A stretch of DNA of 64,000 nucleotides from Felis catus (lineage: Eukaryota). The first letter of the stretch is position 1; every line of letters begins with the position of its first letter. The notes under the pieces were generated by a model. It worked only from the letters and a program-made list of their open reading frames with translations. It was not told where the DNA came from and did not search any database. The stretch is from positions 75,642,001-75,706,000 of the forward strand of contig NC_058368.1 of NCBI RefSeq assembly GCF_018350175.1, given 5' to 3'. A program made the position numbers and the translations under genes. This document shows, one piece after another, positions 23,591-37,138 of the stretch.

Positions 23591-24777
23591 ATTAGGAAGG
23601 CAGTTAATTAAACCAGTTCACAGCACGAAGAATGCCAACTGCTAAAGGTATCTAAGTATAAATGGTTCTCTGCTTGGCTGAATTTTTTGTAGCTTGGTAA
23701 AAAAACATGACCACAAGTGACTAAATAAAAAGTGATATTCTCTCAAAATTATCTCTCACCTAGTATTTGGGCCCAAACAAGCAGCTTCTATTACAAGCCC
23801 CTTTTCAGTGATTTATTTTGAACCACACAGTGTCATCTGGAGGAAGACCTATGTCCTGAAATCACCTCGGTCACTGATAGCTCAGAATGCTTGTCAAGGC
23901 CACCTAAGGTTCCAGGGAAAATGAGACGAAGAAATTGAATACATGCCTATGACTTTTTTCTTGGGAAAAGCTCCTAATTCCAAGGGTTGGATGTCACTAC
24001 AAACCATACTTTAGGGTATGTTGAAAAGTAATACATATTTTACTCACATTATGGAGTATATGAATTTACATTTATAGAACAATCGAAAATGACCATGGTC
24101 TGAGTGGTACATGGATCGGTTTTGGTGGCTTGAAATAAAATCCTCAGTAACAGCATCGTATGTGGATCCCCAAAGGCGCTGCAGCTCACACAACTTGGAA
24201 GAAGTTGGAAGGATGTGTCATGGAGGGTGGGCAACTCACAGAAAGGACGCATGGGCAATGAGCTCACTGATATCCAGGATGCGACTGCAGAGTTTAAATT
24301 AAATTCTTTAACGTACCGTGATGGTATGAAAGGTCAATAGCTCTATATGGATAATTGATGATACACAGGTAAAATTTTGCTTTATACACATACATAATCA
24401 AATGATCAAATGCATAATTATCCAAATATATTAATATAATCGTACATCATTCATCGCAACAATCATAATATATACTATATGATCTGTTATATAATTATGT
24501 ATAATATACTTATATAATGATCAAGATATAATTTGTATATGTAAATACACTTGATTTTATATATGTATATGCATATGCATATATAGAAAATTACTTAATA
24601 TTTATATATACCTGTTGGCCTAAACATCGCTTGGCTTTCCTTTTGGAAAATCCAACAAGGATTTGTATATTCATGTTCTGCTGACATTCGCTAAAACACG
24701 ATTTCTTATTCTCCTTCTTCTCCCTACCTCCTCCCGCCACCCCTAGAGAGTCCAGTAGACTAACCTTTTCTTCTCTT

Positions 24778-24995
24778 TCTTTTTTTTTTTTTTAAAGCTT
24801 ATTCATTTATCTTGAGAGAGACAAAGACGGTGCAAGCAGAGGAGGGCAGAGAGACAGGGAGAGACAGAATCCCAAGCAGGCTCCGTGCTGCCAGCACAGA
24901 GCCCGATGCGGGGCTTGAACCCACAAACCGTGAGATCATGACCTGAGCCAAAACTCAGAGCCAGATGCTTAACCAACTGAGCCACCCAGGCACCC
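24778..24995 (-). mobile_element. CAN-SINE
   Basis: Reverse SINE with TAGACTAACCTT on both flanks (24756 and 25002). Confidence 0.95.
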
Positions 24996-25149
24996 TTTGA
25001 ATAGACTAACCTTAACCACCCAGGGAGACAGCAGTTTAGTGCAATGAGGTTTCCATCAAGCCCCAGAGTTGTCCTCCTGAGTGTGGATATGGAAGTGACA
25101 CGTAAGAAGGAAACAAGCCTGAGATACTTGTTCATAAGGAACAAAGGAC

Positions 25150-25152
<3 letters not shown>

Positions 25153-25187
<35 letters not shown>
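25153..25187. repeat. (GT)n microsatellite
   Basis: Directly visible. Confidence 0.95.
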
Positions 25188-25190
<3 letters not shown>

Positions 25191-25953
25191 ACTTCTCTCT
25201 GTGTGTCTCTGTGTCTCTCCCTTTTCTCTCTGTTCCATCTGAACTTTGAAATACTAAACATGGGCTATGAGAGCATTGCAAATTCTATTTATCGCATTTA
25301 TTTTTATCTACGTGAACAAGGATCCTTTTATGAACAGTAACAATTTTGCATAAATTACATTAGAGTCGGATTAACTTTGCTATACGGTTTATTGAATTAT
25401 ATCACTGAAATTTCTTCGTGAACCTTTCCTTTATTTCAGCTCTTCAGGTCCCATGATGATAAACTCATAAATGGAAAAAAAAAATCTAACACATAAAAGA
25501 GAACACAGCCTCTGACAGTCACAAGAATTTAGAGATATAATGGCAAATATATAAATACTTTCAAACGTACTGTTGTTATGGTTAAGAAGCACATTATCAT
25601 TTTTCTATCTTCTATCTAATGGTATATTTTTTGTAGTGTACTCAGTTCTGCTTTTAACAAGCAAAACATTGTATAACATTTGTTGTGTAGGTGTATTCCA
25701 GAGGTTCTGTCTATAATTGCCAAATTGTCTGTAATGTGAACCTATCATATTCACACGGGGATTCTTTAAGTAGAACGTTCTCCTCCTTTCTTCCTAATCT
25801 TTATGCTTAGCTTCAAAAAAAAAGATGTTTTGAATATTAAAGTCATATATACTTTATTGTGAATAAAATACAATCAAGAGATCTTATATCCAAGAAATTA
25901 TTTTGTTAGTAAAAGCTTGTATTGTAAGCTTTCCTACTACATTCAGAAATATA

Positions 25954-26151
25954 GGGACACCTGGGTGGCTCAGTCCGTTAAGCATCTGATTTCGGCTCAG
26001 GTCATGATCTCACGGTTTGTGAGTTCAAGTCCCGCATCGGGCTCTCTGCTGTCAGCACAGAGCCTGCTTGGGATCCTCTGTCACCCTCTCTCACTACCCC
26101 TCACCCACTTGTGCTCTCTCCCTCTCAAAAATAAAATAAAAATGTTAAAAA
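25954..26151 (+). mobile_element. CAN-SINE
   Basis: Head 'gggacacctgggtggctcag' and A tail. Confidence 0.93.
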
Positions 26152-26623
26152 ATGAAATATGTAGAAAGGGTATATACATATTCAGTTCTGCAGTAGCTGT
26201 TTCTGAATCTCAAGATCTTTTGCAGGAAGAATGGATAAGAAAATGTCTATGGGTTATGCATTCCTCCCTTGCTGGGCACCATGTAAAATGCATCCCTCGC
26301 AAAAATTCTATCCGTCAATATGTTTTAAATTGAGTCTTTCTTTCTCCATACCTGTGTGTGAAAGCAACATGTAATATGTGGTTACACGCTGTAGATTTCA
26401 ACATCAGCATCAGTCTGTTTCCTTGGAAATGGTGAGTTGTACTCAAGGAGAACAGGCTAATGTAACCCCTTCCAAGTTCACAGAGACTTAACTCTTGCCA
26501 GGTGGGAAATCTACTGCGCTCACTATGAGATTCAGGGAGGTGAGTGCCTCTTTCTCTGTTTTAAGAACTCTGTAAAATTTCTTATGACATTCCCTATCAT
26601 AATTTCTAGATTATGCTAGAAAT

Positions 26624-26680
26624 TATAATATAATATAATATAATATAATATAATATAATATAATACAATATAATATAATA
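26624..26680. repeat. (ATAAT)n pentanucleotide repeat
   Basis: Directly visible. Confidence 0.95.
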
Positions 26681-26774
26681 GCTAGATTTCCGTTCTCACC
26701 TAAATTGGGGGACTAGGATTTCCCTACATTTCCAGGAGACGTCCAGCTCCACAGGGGCAGCCCCGCCAGCTTGG

Positions 26775-27010
26775 GGAGACAGAGATGCGGAGCCTGGATG
26801 TCTGGGTTTGACACTCGCCTCTCCTGCGGACTCTCATGGCTTTAGACGAGTTGCTACATGAGCCTCTGTCCCCTCCTTGTGCAGATGCAAGATGAGGATA
26901 ATAACAAATGCTACCCCTGAGGATTATTTAGAGAATGTAATGTGTTAATAGATGACCACTTAGAATACATTCTGACACATGCATGCTATATGAGTTAGCC
27001 TGAGGATTAT
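26775..27010. mobile_element. MIR
   Basis: 'ggagcctggatgtctgggtttga...tgagcctctgtcccctcc...tgcaagatgaggataataac...cttagaataca'. Confidence 0.7.
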
Positions 27011-27364
27011 TACAGGAACTATTTGCAATGAAAAGCATGCCTTTGCCTCTGTTTTCAGGGAAGGTGCTGTGTAGGCGCTAACACAGCTCGTGCTTCTTTG
27101 GTTTTCAGTGATAATGCGTGCCACGTGTCAGCGTTTCCATTAGTTCCTCTAGTAAATACTTACTGAACAACTAGGCACCAGACCCTGCTTTTCTAACAAG
27201 GGCCGAGTTTGAGGACATCAGCATCTCTGAGCTTCAGTGTTGATAAGGCAGGGGTAAGGGGGCGGGGGGGGGGGGTCCGTGTAGGTAATCTCACAAACAC
27301 AGGAGATAAAAGGTGGCAAATGCATTAGGTAATCGTCTTTGCACTGTGAAAAGACAGGGAGGGT

Positions 27365-27597
27365 TTTGTTTGTTGGCTGGTTGGTTGATTTATTTTGAGA
27401 GAGAGAGAAAGAGAGAGAGAGAGAGAATGCAGGTGAGGCCCGGGGGGGGGGGGGGGGAGAGACAGACAGAATCCCAAGCAAGCTCTGTGCTGTCAGCATG
27501 GAGCCTGATGTAGGGCTGGATCTCACGAACCGTGAGATCATGACCTGAACTGAATCGAGAGTGAGAAACTTAGCCAACTAAGCCACTCAGGAGCCCC
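27365..27597 (-). mobile_element. CAN-SINE (inserted in the tail of the adjacent SINE)
   Basis: Reverse SINE with an internal poly-G run, ending 'caggagcccc'. Confidence 0.92.
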
Positions 27598-27800
27598 TTG
27601 TTTTGTTTTCAGTTTTAGAGAAAGAGAGAGAGTGTTTGAGCCAAGGGGAGGAGCAGAGGGAGAGAGAGAGGGGATCTAAAGTAGGCCCCATGCATGCTCT
27701 ACACAAACCCTACTCGGGGCTTGATCATATGACCCTGAGATCATGACCTGAGCTGAAATTAAGAGTCAAACATTCAACCAACTGGGCTAGTCAGGTGCTC
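27598..27800 (-). mobile_element. Older CAN-SINE
   Basis: Reverse body 'gagatcatgacctgagctgaaattaagagtc...caggtgctc'. Confidence 0.88.
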
Positions 27801-27844
27801 TTACTGAGAGTTTTAGTTAAGGCCATCCTGATATGACCACAGCT

Positions 27845-28150
27845 AGAACTCTGGAGTCAGTTTGCCTTATTTTAAGAAGTACTATCTGCTAATTATCGAA
27901 GTTATGAGCAAAAATAAATTTCCCTAGCCTTTAAGTCTCCATTTCCTTTCTGCGAAACGTGAGAGATAAAGGGCTTACCTCCCAGGGTTGACAAGGCATT
28001 TTTTTTTTTTCACCAGAATAGCTGATGTTGCCAGAACGTTACCAGTCAAGCACTGAGTGGCTGGCTTTCGGTGGATTCCCAAGGACTGGGCAGAAAGTGC
28101 TTAGAGTCGTGCCCAACATATTAGAAAATGTTCAGAAACAGCCATTAACG
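27845..28150. mobile_element. MIR fragments
   Basis: 'ctctggagtcag...gtctccatttcctttctgcgaaac...acctcccagggttg' and 'aaagtgcttagagtcgtgcc'. Confidence 0.55.
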
Positions 28151-28639
28151 TCTTTTGTCCTTTGACGTCACATGAATCTGCAGCTGATTGAAAGGATGGC
28201 CACTTACCAGCAGTAACGTTTCCAAAGTAGAATTTAGTCTCCTGTCCACGTTCTCAAGAGTCTGGCTGAGTCTGTTACTAGATGAAGGTAGAACAGAGGT
28301 GGAAGTCTTCTTTCCCGGGCAGTTTCTGATATGCAGCTCTGCCTGAAGATATTATGTACTTCAGTGAAGGAGGATAAACCATTAATTTCGAAAGGTCGTA
28401 CTAACATCCAGAGGTGCCTCATATAAGGGGCAGGGTGAGGGGTGGGTGGTGGAACTGTGCCTATTTTACTCAGTCTTCTCAGCCGAGAGACAAAGGAAGA
28501 CACGATGGTCTCTACAGCCAGTGATCGGATATCCCCCCCCAGAAGATTAATGAGTCAGGCTGCCCCAAATCCAAGCTCACTGGTACTTGGTTAGCTTTAG
28601 AAAATCCAGTGATACAGTAATTTTGCTGAAGAGATTAAT

Positions 28640-30062
28640 TTCGCTGTCATGTTCAGAAGGCGAAGAAGGGAATTGTAGGAGACAGGGTCAGAACGTGTAG
28701 CACTTCAAAGCAAGTGGAAGGAATTTAATGTTTGTTTTTTTTTTTTTTTTTGAAAACTGATGATAAGCTTGCTAACAGTTTCAAGCATGGGAACGTCATG
28801 ACACACAATGTGTGGTTTTTCAAGTTCACTTGACTGCTAGGCTGAGAGCACACAGAAGGGGCAAGAGCCAAGCAGAAGCCAGTGAACGGGGCTATAGTGA
28901 TAGACCAGGCAAGATCCAGAGGTGCCTGGATGAGGTTGTAATGGTAAAAATGCGAACAGTGGGATAGGATGTGTGTTACATAACCTGCACTTCACTTCTC
29001 ATGCAGCATCCCTGACCTGGGAATGTATAACTTCAGGCAGTAAACAAAAAAAGTAGATGCAATGCAAAAAAGTCTTGATTTTTTAACTTGAGCAACCTGT
29101 TCTACTTATGGAAATAGGGAATCGGAGGGAGGAAATTATTTCGGAAGTGAGAGGATTTAGAGCTGTTTCTACCTGGTTAAAACTGAGATTCGGGTGAGAT
29201 ATTTGTATCACCAGCTAAGCAACTGGATAATGTACGATGCTAGAGTTTGTGTTTGGAAATATTAGGCATCGGCTTGAAAATGTTGACTTAGATGTAGCAT
29301 CTTGTCCAAGAGAAGAGTTAGGGTTGGTTATAATTTGTAATTAAAGTGCTACATGCTCTGACCCTGCCTCATACCATTGTCTTATTCGCCTTCTGAACGT
29401 GGCTTTGAAATGAATCTGTTAAGCAAAATTACTATGTGAATGGATTTTGTAAAACTAGCCAAGTAACAATGAACACGGGTTGGGAACATCCTGATTCATT
29501 AACCCTCTGGGGGATATACTATGTCTGAATGGAGACACCCAACAGGAGAACACATTTAGAGGATGCAAAAAAACCTTGAGGAATGTTATCATTGAGAGGC
29601 ATTAGCAAAGAAGAAAGAGAGAGAACCATGTGAGGTATGATGAGAGGCAGAGAATGCGGTGTTCTGGAAGCCAAGAGATGAAAGGAAGGTTTTTTTTTTG
29701 TTTTTTTTTTTTGTTTTTTTTTTATGAGTTTTGCTGAGATATTGCTGAAGAAGAACTCAGAGGCCAGTGGATTTGGCAGCATGGACATGTCTGGAGACCT
29801 GGATGAGAGTAACGTCAGTGAGTGACATGGCCGAGTATGTTTTCAATGACAAAAGGAACAGCAAGGGTGAATAGGCAGACATTTCAGGGGGTTTTGCTGA
29901 GGAAAGGTCTCCAGAATTGGATTGGGAATTGGAAAAGAAAATAAGGTGAAGGTGTTTTTTATTTTATTTCATTATTTCATTATTTCATTATTTATTTATT
30001 TATTTATGCTTATTTATTTATTTTGAGAGAGAAAGAGAGAGTATGAGCAGCAAAGGGACAGA

Positions 30063-30114
<52 letters not shown>

Positions 30115-30470
30115 CCCAAGCAGGCTCCATGCTTTCAGTGCAGAGCCTGATGCGGGGCTCAGTTCCATGAACCATGACATCAGGACCTGAGCTGAAATCC
30201 AGAGTTGGACGCTCAACCAAAGGAGACACCCAGGAACTTTTTTTTTCGTTTTTTTAAAGATTGGGGATATTGGGTCTTGTTTGTGGGAAGGTGAGGATAA
30301 TCTTACGGAGAGGAAAGAATTAGAGATGCAGAAGAGAAATTGCATAATTGTGAAGAAAATTCGATGAGAAGGCAACATGGAGTAGGACATATAGCATAAG
30401 AGGAGTAATTGATCTCTGGTAGAAGTAAGGACTTTTATCCTTAGAAGACCAAGGGTAAAAAGTATAATTT
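28640..30470 (-). mobile_element. L2 fragments (reverse), interrupted by a SINE
   Basis: Purine-rich L2 motifs 'ccaggcaagatccagaggtgcctgga', 'ggaagccaagagatgaaag' and 'cagtggatttggcagcatgg'. Confidence 0.6.
29955..30237 (-). mobile_element. CAN-SINE with expanded (GA)n and tail repeats
   Basis: Reverse SINE body with (TTTCATTAT)n/(TTTA)n tail and a long (GA)n. Confidence 0.92.
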
Positions 30471-30556
30471 TAGAAGCACTTAGGTGTCAATTTTGGCGGT
30501 GGGGTGATGAACACATTTTTAACAAATGCTTTAAAAACTGTTTCCTACTTCAATGA

Positions 30557-32450
30557 TTGTAGACAGGATAGCAGGCTTTTCCTGTGTATGGCCCAGGAGG
30601 CATCTCTAGACTGTCCCTACAAAGTTGAGTCCTGGACCTCCCTCTTCAGCAGACCTGTGTCCTGTTCAATTCCCCAGCAACCAAGGGTCCAGATCCTGGG
30701 GAACTGGTATGTCCTAGCACTCCCCTAGACAGAAAGCTTGAAACCAATACACCTGTTCCCCACTTAGAATTGCACTCTTAGGCAAAGAAGTTTCTTTCTG
30801 AGACCCTATGCTTGCAGAGCCCAGGAGATCATTTGTGGGATGCCTGGACATGGGAACTATGCACCTACTTAAGCATTGCCCGAAAATTCCTGAGCTAAGC
30901 GATACTTGCCAAAGTCATGCATGCAAACTGGGTTGGATAGTGCTGTCCTACTCCACAGCACGGGGTTTAGGCTGGGTCACCCCAATGCCTGGAGACATCC
31001 CCTAAGGATGAGGGTAAATTGTCAGAATAGACAATCATTGGGGCACCTGGGTGGTTCAGTCAGTTAAGTGTCAGACTCTTGATTTCTGCTCAGGTCATAA
31101 TCTCATGGTTTGCAGGATCGATCCCCACATCTGTCAGTGCAGGGCCCGTTTGGGATTCTCTCTCTCTCCCTCTCTCTCGCTGCCCCTCTCCCACTAGCAT
31201 CCTCTCTCTTTCTCTCTCTCTCAAAATAAATAAATAAAACATTTTTTTAAAGGCAATAATCAAGTGGTCACATTGCCTGTCTCTGTGCCACAACTTCCTT
31301 GGAGATAATGGAAGCAAACATCCACTGGAGTGTGATGGTGAGTCACTCTGAATACCAGATGGTTCAAAAGGGTGAGTCACCTACTTCCCAGGTGCTCACA
31401 GGGTCCATAGGGCACTAAAGCTGATGCTAAGGCTGGCTATGTAGGAGGCACGCTAACAGGATGGGAGAGGGGACACATATTTGCCACAAGGCCATAACAT
31501 TCCCGGGTGGGCAGATCACTCAGAAATCCTAAAACGCCAGGGACATCTCTGGTAACAAGGCTGCCAACAATTCCACCATGTGGGTCCTTCACATAAATGT
31601 GGATGTCCTTCTGAGCCGTAAGGAGGAGAAAAAGGCAAAACCACTGAGAATCTTTGCCAAGAGATAAGGAAGGCTACTTCCCATGAGAGTGCCAAGTAAG
31701 AGAGGAATCTCTGGACCCAGTGGACACATCCACACAGTTGAGTAGAATCTGGGGATGGGAGACAGTTAATTTAAAACTCTGATTGCAAGTTTAATTGTGT
31801 GAATTCAGTAACTGGGAACAGACAGCCATACCTATTTATTCCTGAATTATCTCCGATGACCACAGGCATATGCCATACAGCTTTCCAAGAAACTTCCTGA
31901 CAAACTCAATGGTACCCTAGACACCAAGTAGAACCCATTTACTGAAGTTACCCAGAAACAGTGTTTCATGGTATCATGGTTACAGGAAAACTACAGGTCA
32001 TGTGACCAATGCCAGGAAATGGAACTCTCTTCACCCAGGTCTCTGGGTCTAAGTGGCAAGAGAAGGGGGGGGGGGACGGGGAGAGAGGAGCAAGGGGGAA
32101 GAAGGTTCATCGGCCAAATTGCCACACAGGCTGCTTCCTGCAGCAGAAGCTGATGTGTCTGCTGACCCAAAAACCGGGAGCCAAAACGTGACTTTCCAGA
32201 GGAGGCTAAGGAACCAGCATCTCCTGGATCAGTCCTCATTCTGCCCATCAGTCCTGGCACCAAATGGTGCTTGCTGATGTTCCCCCGAGCACCGTACACG
32301 ATACGTTGACCAAAGCACATCAACAGTATGTTCAACATATATATCAGTGTATATATCAAATACACGTTCACTGCGTATTCTTATTGTGACCTGTGATCCA
32401 TCAATACTTTCATATGTTTAATTCCCACTAACTGTATTGATAACATGTAG
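30557..32450. mobile_element. Probable ancient LTR-derived sequence (family not assigned)
   Basis: GC-elevated non-coding block beginning TGTAG with LTR-like composition. No diagnostic motif verified. Confidence 0.25.
31040..31251 (+). mobile_element. CAN-SINE
   Basis: Head 'ggggcacctgggtggttcag', CT tract and A tail. Confidence 0.93.
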
Positions 32451-32859
32451 TAAGATTAGTTCTCAACAAAGATGATAAGACTAAAAACATTGCAATGTTC
32501 CAGCCCAGCAGCTGGAGGTCCAAAATCTATTGACAACAATCTGTCTTCTCAGTGTTCAGATGCGGACAGTCATTGAGCCTTGGGCTCTGACAGTGTCAGG
32601 GCTCTGTTTCTCCTAGATGATCCATGCAGGCGACTGTTACACCATAGTCAGCCGCATTGGCGTCCCTCAACAGTGAGGTGTGCCTGTCCTTTTTCCTGTT
32701 TAAATTTGTGTTGACTTTATGTAGTTATATTTTTCTAATAGTATGTGACCTGGTTATGTTGCTTCTGGTTAATGAAGTGGTCAAGATTCCTGTCTTTGGA
32801 GCTAAGTTGCAAACACATCACATGATGTTGAGACTTTTCTTCATGAACCTCAGTGAGAT

Positions 32860-35352
32860 GGGAAGAGGCGTCAAAGATGATGGATGAGTAGGAGGACCCC
32901 AGGCTCATTTTTTCCCCAAGAACACAGCTAGATAACCATCAAGTCATTGTGAATACTCTGAGAAACCGACCTGAAGGCCGACAGAACAACAAACTTCACA
33001 ACTGAAGGGAGAGAAGAGGTCACATGGAAGAATGCAGGAAGTATGGAGATGTGGTTTAGGGGAGAAATGGATCACAGGAGCCATGGTCAGGGAGAAGGAG
33101 ATTGGAGCACACTGAGGAACGCACACGAAGAACGTTGTCCCAAAGCCATTGGCTTGGAAAATGAGAGAGACTGAAATTCATCAGTTCTTACAACCAGCAG
33201 GGCTTAAAGCCTGGAGTTTTAAAGGTCAGCAAGCTTGGCTGAAATAGAACCAGGAGGGCACTGAGCTGCTCCTGGAGAGAAGGCACAGAAACAACCCTGG
33301 ATCTGACAGCATGGAAACAGTGATCTGAAAAATGCCTGGGGCACACAGTGGGAGGTTATTTACTAAAACCACTTCTTTGAGAGGCAGCATTCAGAGAACT
33401 GCCTCTCAAGGAACAAAAAAGCTAGATGGCACCTTTCCCTCCCCTGCCCCTCAGCATAAACACAGAACCACCTGAGGGAAGCAGTTGAGCTTGGACATTA
33501 GCTGCCTAAATTGCTTAAAGCACCACCACCCTGTGCTCTGGCAGGACTGCCCTTTTCCATCAAACTTGCCTCAGTCCCAGCATGGTAAGCCCCTCCCCTA
33601 GAAGACCAGCACAAACGCCTGCCCACACCATATCTCTCCACCAGAGAGTTCTTCAGGTCCTCGATTCTGATGAAGTTGGTGTCAGGTCTCACTTCACAAG
33701 CAGGCCAATGCACACCTAGCTAAAACTCACCATATTCAGGCCAGGGGCCAAACATTGCTCACTGCAGGCAAGGAGATGACTGGCTTGAGATGACTCCAAA
33801 CACAGTAGTAGAGTGCAGGCAGCACTCACCAGAGACACTCTTTGAAGCTCCAGGCCCTGGGCACCACATGACCTCTCTCCACAAAACCATTTCACTCAGG
33901 AACAGGAAACATAACTGGCTTTTCTAACTCAAAGAAGAAGGCAGAGACTTAGACAAAATGCCAAGATAAAGGACTTTATCCCATATCAAAGAATAAGATA
34001 AGACCATGGCCAGAGATCTAAGCAAAACAGATATAAGTAACATGCCTGATGGAGAACTTAAGGCAACAATCTCAAGGATACTTACTGGGCTTAAGAAAAA
34101 ATTAAAAGACAGGAGGGAGACCTATACCACAGAGATAAAGGACTTAAAAATCTATCAGAGGTGAAGAATGCAATAAACAAGATTGGAAAACACTGATGAA
34201 CAGCATGCTGGAAGAAGCATAGGAATGAATTATGACCCAGAAGACGAAATAATGGAAAATAATGAAGTTGAACAAAAGAAAGATGAATCACGCAACACAT
34301 GAATAGACTTAGGGAACTCACTTACTCGATCAAACATAGTTACATGCATATACAGGAGTCCCAGAAGAGAGAGAAAGGCGCACAGAAAATTTATTTCAAG
34401 AGATAATACCTGAGAACTTCCCTAATGTGGGGAAGGAAACAAACATCAAAATCAACAAAAGGAGGCCAGTACCAAAACATACTGTAACTACATTTGCAAG
34501 ATATAGTGATAAAGGAAAAATCTTAAAAGCAGCAAGACAAAAGAAGTCCTTAATTTACAATGGAAAACCCATAAGGCTAGCTGGAGATTTCTCAAGAAAA
34601 ACTTGGCAAGCCAGAAGCAAGTGGCATGGTATATTCAAAGTGCTGAATGGGAAAAAATTTGCAGCCAACAAAGCTCTACCCAGCACGCTATCATTCAGGA
34701 GAGAAGGAGAGATAAAAGGATCTTCCAGACAAAAAAAAAAAAAAAAAAAAAAACTAAAGGAGTTCATGACCACTAAAAGAGCCCTGCAAGAAATATTAAA
34801 GGGGACTCTGAGTGCAAAGGAGAGACCAAAAGTGACAAATACAAGAAAGGATCAGAGAAAATCTCCAGAAACAATGTCAAAATAAATGGCAATATAATTA
34901 CTTTGAACATAAATGGATTAATGCTCCAATCAAAAGGTGCAGGGTGGGGGCGCCTGGGTGGCGCAGTCGGTTAAGCGTCCGACTTCAGCCAGGTCATGAT
35001 CTCACAGTCCGTGAGTTCGAACCCCACGTCGGGCTCTGGGCTGATGGCTCAGAGCCTGGAGCCTGTTTCCGATTCTGTGTCTCCCTCTCTCTCTGCCCCT
35101 CCCCCGTTCATGCTCTGTCTCTCTCTGTCCCAAAAAATAAATAAATAAACGTTGAAAAAAAAAATATGCAGGGTGTCAGAATGGATAAAAACAAACAAAC
35201 ACCAAGATTCATCTACATGCTGCCTACATAAGAATCATTTTAGACCTTAAGTCACCTACACATTGAAAGTGAGAGAGTAGAACAACATTTATCACACAGG
35301 TGAATATCAAAAGAAAGAGTAGCAATACTTAATATTGAACAAACTAGACTTT
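32860..35352 (+). mobile_element. Carnivore L1 5' portion: 5'UTR, disabled ORF1 (about 33958-34830) and start of the ORF2 endonuclease
   Basis: 5' end 'gggaagaggcgtcaaagatga...gagtaggaggacccc'. ORF1 remnants include DISNMPDGELKATI, KILKAARQKK, PIRLAGDFS and ALQEILKG. ORF2 start 'attactttgaacataaatggattaatgctccaatcaaaagg'. Stops and frameshifts are present. Confidence 0.93.
34947..35166 (+). mobile_element. Young SINEC_Fc-type SINE inside L1 ORF2
   Basis: TSD TGCAGGGTG at 34938-34946 and 35167-35175. Confidence 0.97.
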
Positions 35353-36650
35353 TGTTTCTGTACTGCTTTTATCCTGCTTTAGTATCAGTGTGTTCCCTTT
35401 ATTCCATTATGTGTAAGATGTTGATAAAGATTGTCATAAATATATATATTTTTAAATGTTTGGTAGAATTGACCAGTGAAACCATGTGATCTCGGGCTTT
35501 TCTGTGCTGGGAGAATTTTGATTCCTAATTCAACTTTTATCTTGTTATTAGTCTAAGAAGATTTCCTATTTCATGCATTTAAGATTCATGATCCAAACAT
35601 GGTAACTTGTGCATTTTAGGAATTATCTGGTTTTTTTCCCTAAGTTATCTGATTTGTTAGTATATAATGGCTTAGAGTAATTTGTTATCACACTATGCAT
35701 TTCTGTGATTATCTACTGCTTTCTATTTCTAATTTTGGCTTCTGAGTCTTGTCTCCAATTTTTGCTTAGTAAATGTAGTTACAGCATTGCCAATTTTGTT
35801 TATTTTTTTGGCTGTTTGCAGATTTAATCTTGTTCATTTATTTTTTATTTTTTTTTTTTAATTTTTTTTTTCAACGTTTATTTATTTTTGGGACAGAGAG
35901 AGACAGAGCATGAACGGGGGAGGGGCAGAGAGAGGGGGAGACACAGAATCGGAAACAGGCTCCAGGCTCCGAGCCATCAGCCCAGAGCCTGACGCGGGGC
36001 TCGAACTCACGGACCGCGAGATCGTGACCTGGCTGAAGTCGGACGCTTAACGACTGCGCCACCCAGGCGCCCCTTGTTCATTTATTTTTTAAAAATCTGG
36101 GTATTACTTTCAAAGCTGTTATTATTTATTCTGCTCTCTATATTATTTATTACTGTCTGTCATTTCCTTTCTCTACTAAATTTCAGCGAAGTTTCTTCTT
36201 TTTCTAGTTTCTTGCGGTATGTTGTTTATTTGTATTTTTTATTTTAATATAAGCATTTTTAGCATAAGTTTCACTCTAACATCTGCTTTTGCTGCACCCC
36301 ATAGGTTTTGAAATATTGTGTTTTCTTTTTCTTTTGCTTTGATATATTTTGATTTGCTGTTTGTTTTCATATTTGGCCCATTGCTTGGGCAGTAGTGAGC
36401 TGTTTAAGATTTGCATATTAAATAATTAATATTTACATTGTAGATTTTCCAGCTTTGATTTATTGTTGATCTTTAGCTTTGTAGCATTGTGGTTGGAAAC
36501 TATATTTGGTTGGTATAATTTCAGTCTTCTTAAAGGTGTAATATTTGTTATGTCTTTTTTAATGTGGTTTAACCAGGAGATTCTTCTGTGTGTACTTGAA
36601 GAAAAGGTGCATTCTATTTGTCTTGGATGAAATGTTTTATATATGTATAT
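35353..36650 (-). mobile_element. L1 ORF2 fragment (C-terminal endonuclease to the KSPGPDG region), degraded
   Basis: The minus ORF contains IYKTFHP..ECTFSSSTH and SNHNATKLKIN. 'ccagtgaaaccatgtgatctcgggcttttc' is the reverse of the KSPGPDGFT motif. Confidence 0.88.
35847..36073 (-). mobile_element. Young SINEC_Fc-type SINE
   Basis: TSD TTGTTCATTTATTTTTT at 35830-35846 and 36074-36090. Confidence 0.97.
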
Positions 36651-36666
36651 ATCTAAAATATGTATG

Positions 36667-36700
<34 letters not shown>

Positions 36701-36780
36701 TATATATACATCTATGTGTATATATATATATATACACATATATATATATACATCTATGTGTATATATATATATATATATC
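36638..36780. repeat. Compound (TA)n/(CA)n microsatellite with duplicated 'catctatgtg' unit
   Basis: Directly visible. Confidence 0.92.
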
Positions 36781-36884
36781 TTTTACAATCGTGTATTTTG
36801 AAGTATGCTTCAAGAAAAAATGTTTTTGTTGAAAAAATAATAATAACTTTAACTGAAGGTACTCATTTAAAATAAATAATATCA

Positions 36885-37128
36885 AGGTGCCTGGGTGGCT
36901 CCGTCACTTAAGCATCTGACTCTTGATTTCAGCTCAGGTCATGGTCTCATGGTTTATGAGTTTGAACCCTGGGTCAGGCTCTGCACTGACAGTGAGGAGC
37001 CTGCTTGGAATTCTCTCTCTCTGTCTCTCTCTGGGTGTCTCTCTCTGCCCCTCCCCCACTGGTGCTGTCTCTCTCTCTAAAAATAAACTTAAAGCAATAT
37101 TAAAAATTTAAAAAAATAAAATAAAATG
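36885..37128 (+). mobile_element. CAN-SINE
   Basis: 'ggtgcctgggtggctccgtc' head and A tail, with 'atatcaag' on both flanks. Confidence 0.93.
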
Positions 37129-37138
37129 AAGCATATCA

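Noticed and set aside
34427..34885. 152-aa ORF resembling a protein
   Set aside because: It is a frameshifted remnant of L1 ORF1, not an intact gene.
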